DNA from: Eledone cirrhosa
Lineage: Eukaryota
DNA length: 64,000 nt
Assembly: GCA_964016885.1 (NCBI GenBank)
Contig: OZ024744.1
Span: 2,728,001-2,792,000, forward strand
Direction of reading: 5' to 3'
Part shown: positions 60,501 to 64,000 of the stretch, one piece after another
Layout of the letters: each line of letters begins with the position of its first letter
Numbering within the stretch: position 1 is the first letter of the stretch
Position numbers and translations under genes: made by a program
Notes under the pieces: generated by a model
Told to the model about the DNA's origin: nothing
The model's database searches: none
The model's input: only the letters and a program-made list of their open reading frames with translations

Positions 60501-63500
60501 CTTGGTGAATAACGAAATTTTGGGAGAAGACAAGGTCGAGAAAGATAGCTTGGTGAAGAACGAAATTTTGAGGGAAGACAAGGTAGAGAAAGATATCGTG
60601 GTGAAGAACGACGTTTTGGTGGAAGACAAGGTAGAGAAAGATAGCTTGGTGAAGAACGATGTTTTGGGGAAGACAATGTAGAGAAAGATAGCTTGGTGAA
60701 GAACGAAGTTTTGGGGGAAGACAAGGTGGAGAAAGATAGCTTGGTGAAGAACGAAGTTTTGAGGGAAGACAAGGTAGAGAAAGATAGCTTGGTGAATAAC
60801 GAAGTTTTGGGGGAAGACAAGGTAGAGAAAGATAGTTGGTGAAGAACGAAGTTTTGAGGGAAGACAAGGTAGAGAAAGATAGCTTGGTGAAGAACGACGT
60901 TTTGAGGGAAGACAAGGTAGAGAAAGATAGCTTGGTGAAGAACGACGTTTTGTGGGAAGACAAGGTAGAGAAAGATAGCTTGGTGAAGAACGAAGTTTTG
61001 GGGGAAGACAAGGTAGAGAAAGATAGCTTGGTGAAGAACGAAGTTTTGGGGAAGACAATGTAGAGAAAGATAGCTTGGTGAAGAACGAAGTTTTGGGGGA
61101 AGACAAGGTAGAGAAAGATAGCTTGGTGAAGAACGAAGTTTTGAGGGAAGACAAGGTAGAGAAAGATAGCTTGGTGAATAACGAAGTTTTGGGAGAAGAC
61201 AAGGTAGAGAAAGATAGCTTGGTGAAGAACGACGTTTTGAGGGAAGACAAGGTAGAGAAAGATAGCTTGGTGAAGAACGTAGTTTTGGGGGAAGACAAGG
61301 TAGAGAAAGATAGCTTGGTGAAGAACGAAGTTTTGGGGAAAGACAAGGTAGAGAAAGATAGCTTGGTGTAGAACGAAGTTTTGAGGGAAGACAAGGTAGA
61401 GAAAGATAGCTTGGTGAAGAACGAAGTTTTGGGGGAAGACAAGGTAGAGAAAGATAGCTTGGTGAAGAACGAAGTTTTGGGGAAAGACAAGGTAGAGAAA
61501 GATAGCTTGGTGTAGAACGAAGTTTTGGGGGAAGACAAGGTAGAGAAAGATAGCTTGGTGAAGAACGAAGTTTTGGGGAATACAATGTAGAGAAAGATAG
61601 CTTGGTGAAGAACGAAGTTTTGGGGGAAGACAAGGTAGAGAAAGATAGCTTGGTGAATAACGAAGTTTTGGGAGAAGACAAGGTCGAGAAAGATAGCTTG
61701 GTGAAGAACGAAATTTTGAGGGAAGACAAGGTAGAGAAAGATAGCTTGGTGAAGAACGACGTTTTGGTGGAAGACAAGGTAGAGAAAGATAGCTTGGTGA
61801 AGAACGATGTTTTGGGGAAGACAATGTAGAGAAAGATAGCTTGGTGAAGAACGATGTTTTGGGGGAAGACAAGGTAGAGAAAGATAGCTTGGTGAAGAAC
61901 GAAGTTTTGAGGGAAGACAAGGTAGAGAAAGATAGCTTGGTGAATAACGAAGTTTTGGGAGAAGACAAGGTAGAGAAAGATAGTTGGTGAAGAACGAAGT
62001 TTTGAGGGAAGACAAGGTAGAGAAAGATAGCTTGGTGAAGAACGACATTTTGAGGGAAGACAAAGTAGAGAAAGATAGCTTGGTGAAGAACGACGTTTTG
62101 TGGGAAGACAAGGTAGAGAAAGATAGCTTGGTGAAGAACGAAGTTTTGGGGGAAGACAAGGTAGAGAAAGATAGCTTGGTGAAGAACGAAGTTTTGGGGA
62201 AGACAATGTAGAGAAATATAGCTTGGTGAAGAACGAAGTTTTGGGGGAAGACAAGGTAGAGAAAGATAGCTTGGTGAAGAACGAAGTTTTGAGGGAAGAC
62301 AAGGTAGAGAAAGATAGCTTGGTGAATAACGAAGTTTTGGGAGAAGACAAGGTAGAGAAAGATAGCTTGGTGAAGAACGACGTTTTGAGGGAAGACAAGG
62401 TAGAGAAAGATAGCTTGGTGAAGAACGAAGTTTTGTGGGAAGACAAGGTAGAGAAAGATAGCTTGGTGAAGAACGAAGTTTTGGGGAAGGCAATGTAGAG
62501 AAAGATAGCTTGGTGAAGAACGAAGTTTTGGGGGAAGACAAGGTAGAGAAAGATAGCTTGGTGAATAACGAAGTTTTGGGAGAAGACAAGGTCGAGAAAG
62601 ATAGCTTGGTGAAGAACGAAATTTTGAGGGAAGACAAGGTAGAGAAAGATAGCTTGGTGAAGAACGACGTTTTGGTGGAAGACAAGGTAGAGAAAGATAG
62701 CTTGGTGAAGAACGATGTTTTGGGGAAGACAATGTAGAGAAAGATAGCTTGGTGAAGAACGAAGTTTTGGGGGAAGACAAGGTAGAGAAAGATAGCTTGG
62801 TGAATAACGAAGTTTTGGGAGAAGACAAGGTCGAGAAAGATAGCTTGGTGAAGAACGAAATTTTGAGGGAAGACAAGGTAGAGAAAGATAGTTTGTGAAG
62901 AACGAAGTTTTGAGGGAAGACAAGGTAGAGAAAGATAGCTTGGTGAAGAACGACGTTTTGAGGGAAGACAAGGTAGAGAAAGATAGCTTGGTGAAGAACG
63001 ATGTTTTGGGGAAGACAATGTAGAGAAAGATAGCTTGGTGAAGAACGAAGTTTTTGGGGGAAGACAAGGTAGAGAAAGATAGCTTGGTGAAGAACGAAGT
63101 TTTGAGGGAAGACAAGGTAGAGAAATATAGCTTGGTGAATAACGAAATTTTGGGAGAAGACAAGATAGAGAAAGATAGTTTGTGAAGAACGAAGTTTTGA
63201 GGGAAGACAAGGTAGAGAAAGATAGCTTGGTGAAGAACGACGTTTTGAGGGAAGACAAGGTAGAGAAAGATAGCTTGGTGAAGAACGACGTTTTGTGGGA
63301 AGACAAGGTAGAGAAAGATAGCTTGGTGAAGAACGAAGTTTTGGGGGAAGACAAGGTAGAGAAAGATAGCTTGGTGAAGAACGAAGTTTTGGGGAAGGCA
63401 ATGTAGAGAAAGATAGATTGGTGAAGAACGAAGTTTTGGGGGAAGACAAGGTAGAGAAAGATAGCTTGGTGAAGAACGAAGTTTTGAGGGAAGACAAGGT

Positions 63501-64000
63501 AGAGAAAGATAGCTTGGTGAATAACGAAGTTTTGGGAGAAGACAAGGTAGAGAAAGATAGCTTGGTGAAGAACGACGTTTTGAGGGAAGACAAGGTAGAG
63601 AAAGATAGCTTGGTGAAGAACGAAGTTTTGGGGAAAGACAAGATAGAGAAAGATAGCTTGGTGAAGAACGAAGTTTTGGGTGAAGACAAGGTAGAGAAAG
63701 ATAGCTTGGTGAAGAACGAAGTTTTGGGGGAAGACAAGGTAGAGAAAGATAGCTTGGTGAAGAACGAAGTTTTGGGGAAGACAATGTAGAGAAAGATAGC
63801 TTGGTGAAGAACGAAGATTTGGGGGAAGACAAGGTAGAGAAAGATAGCTTGGTGAAGAACGAAGTTTTGGGAGAAGACAAGGTAGAGAAAGATAGCTTGG
63901 TGAAGAACGAAGTTTTGAGGGAAGACAAGGTAGAGAAAGATAGCTTGGTGAAGAACGACGTTTTGAGGGAAGACAAGGTAGAGAAAGATAGCTTGGTGAA
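57584..64000. repeat. Tandem segmental duplication, period 3635 bp (76 monomers), second copy truncated by the window edge
   Basis: Offsets 57967/61602, 58349/61984, 58588/62223, 58875/62510, 59547/63182, 59783/63418 and 60166/63801 are all +3635. The pair 57584/61075 is +3491, before a 144-bp local duplication. Shared markers are GTGTAG, the T5 run and GATAGTTTGTG. Confidence 0.88.

Larger units (their letters stand above)
1..64000. repeat. 48-bp tandem satellite array (about 1,340 monomers, single orientation, extends beyond both window edges)
   Basis: The consensus TTGGTGAAGAACGAAGTTTTGGGGGAAGACAAGGTAGAGAAAGATAGC (e.g. 193-240) repeats throughout with a few substitutions per copy. 47-bp copies are frequent and 49-bp copies rare. 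Consensus composition is 18 A, 18 G, 9 T, 3 C. No non-repeat sequence was seen. Confidence 0.99.

Noticed and set aside
193-63789. Many short plus-strand ORFs (MVKNEVL...GKTM) as a gene family or peptide-precursor array
   Set aside because: The starts are the monomer's TTG/GTG, the ends are frameshifts at 47-bp monomers, and there is no promoter, leader or unique sequence. ORF length simply reflects the spacing of short monomers.
1591-63976. Giant minus-strand ORFs (up to 7167 aa) as real CDS
   Set aside because: They overlap in all three frames, mostly lack ATG starts, contain only three alternating 16-aa repeats and no recognisable domain, and follow automatically from the absence of TTA/CTA/TCA in the consensus.
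1-64000. CRISPR array
   Set aside because: There are no unique spacers, the variable positions are point variants of one monomer, the repeat is not palindromic and no cas genes are present.
1-64000. Programmed frameshifting or an alternative genetic code making one continuous plus-strand protein
   Set aside because: It would need hundreds of recoding events. One alternative frame contains both TGA and TAG, so a single stop reassignment does not open all frames. In-frame stops have also been amplified.
1915-64000. Frame-preserving selection on duplication lengths
   Set aside because: 1050, 1911, 3345 and 4542 are multiples of 3, but 1435, 2723, 2578, 3535, 3631, 3635 and 3821 are not, which is about what chance predicts.
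1-64000. Synthetic construct or rolling-circle amplification artefact (a BbsI GAAGAC site is in most monomers)
   Set aside because: Nested, hierarchically shared mutations and variable block lengths indicate gradual evolution, not a designed or single-template concatemer. Local misassembly cannot be excluded without reads.

Overview
The whole 64-kb window is one uninterrupted head-to-tail tandem array (satellite DNA) of a 48-bp monomer, consensus TTGGTGAAGAACGAAGTTTTGGGGGAAGACAAGGTAGAGAAAGATAGC, roughly 1,340 copies (estimated from about 47.8 bp mean length). All copies are in one orientation and the array runs off both window edges. I found no unique sequence, inversion or transposon insertion, and I can support no protein-coding gene, RNA gene, CRISPR array or mobile element. 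All ORFs in the track are translations of the repeat. The giant minus-strand ORFs exist because the plus-strand consensus lacks TTA/CTA/TCA. The short plus-strand ORFs start at TTG and are cut by common 47-bp monomers. The real content is architectural. About a dozen recurrent monomer variants are ordered into short higher-order words (239, 287, 382, 383 bp). These words sit inside nested tandem duplications of 1.0-4.5 kb and in long-range copies about 22 and 34 kb apart. The monomer has an 18+18+12 internal substructure and one open frame (LVKNEVLGEDKVEKDS), which may hint at a coding-repeat ancestry. I do not recognise the satellite family or the organism. A eukaryotic heterochromatic, centromeric or subtelomeric origin is inference only.
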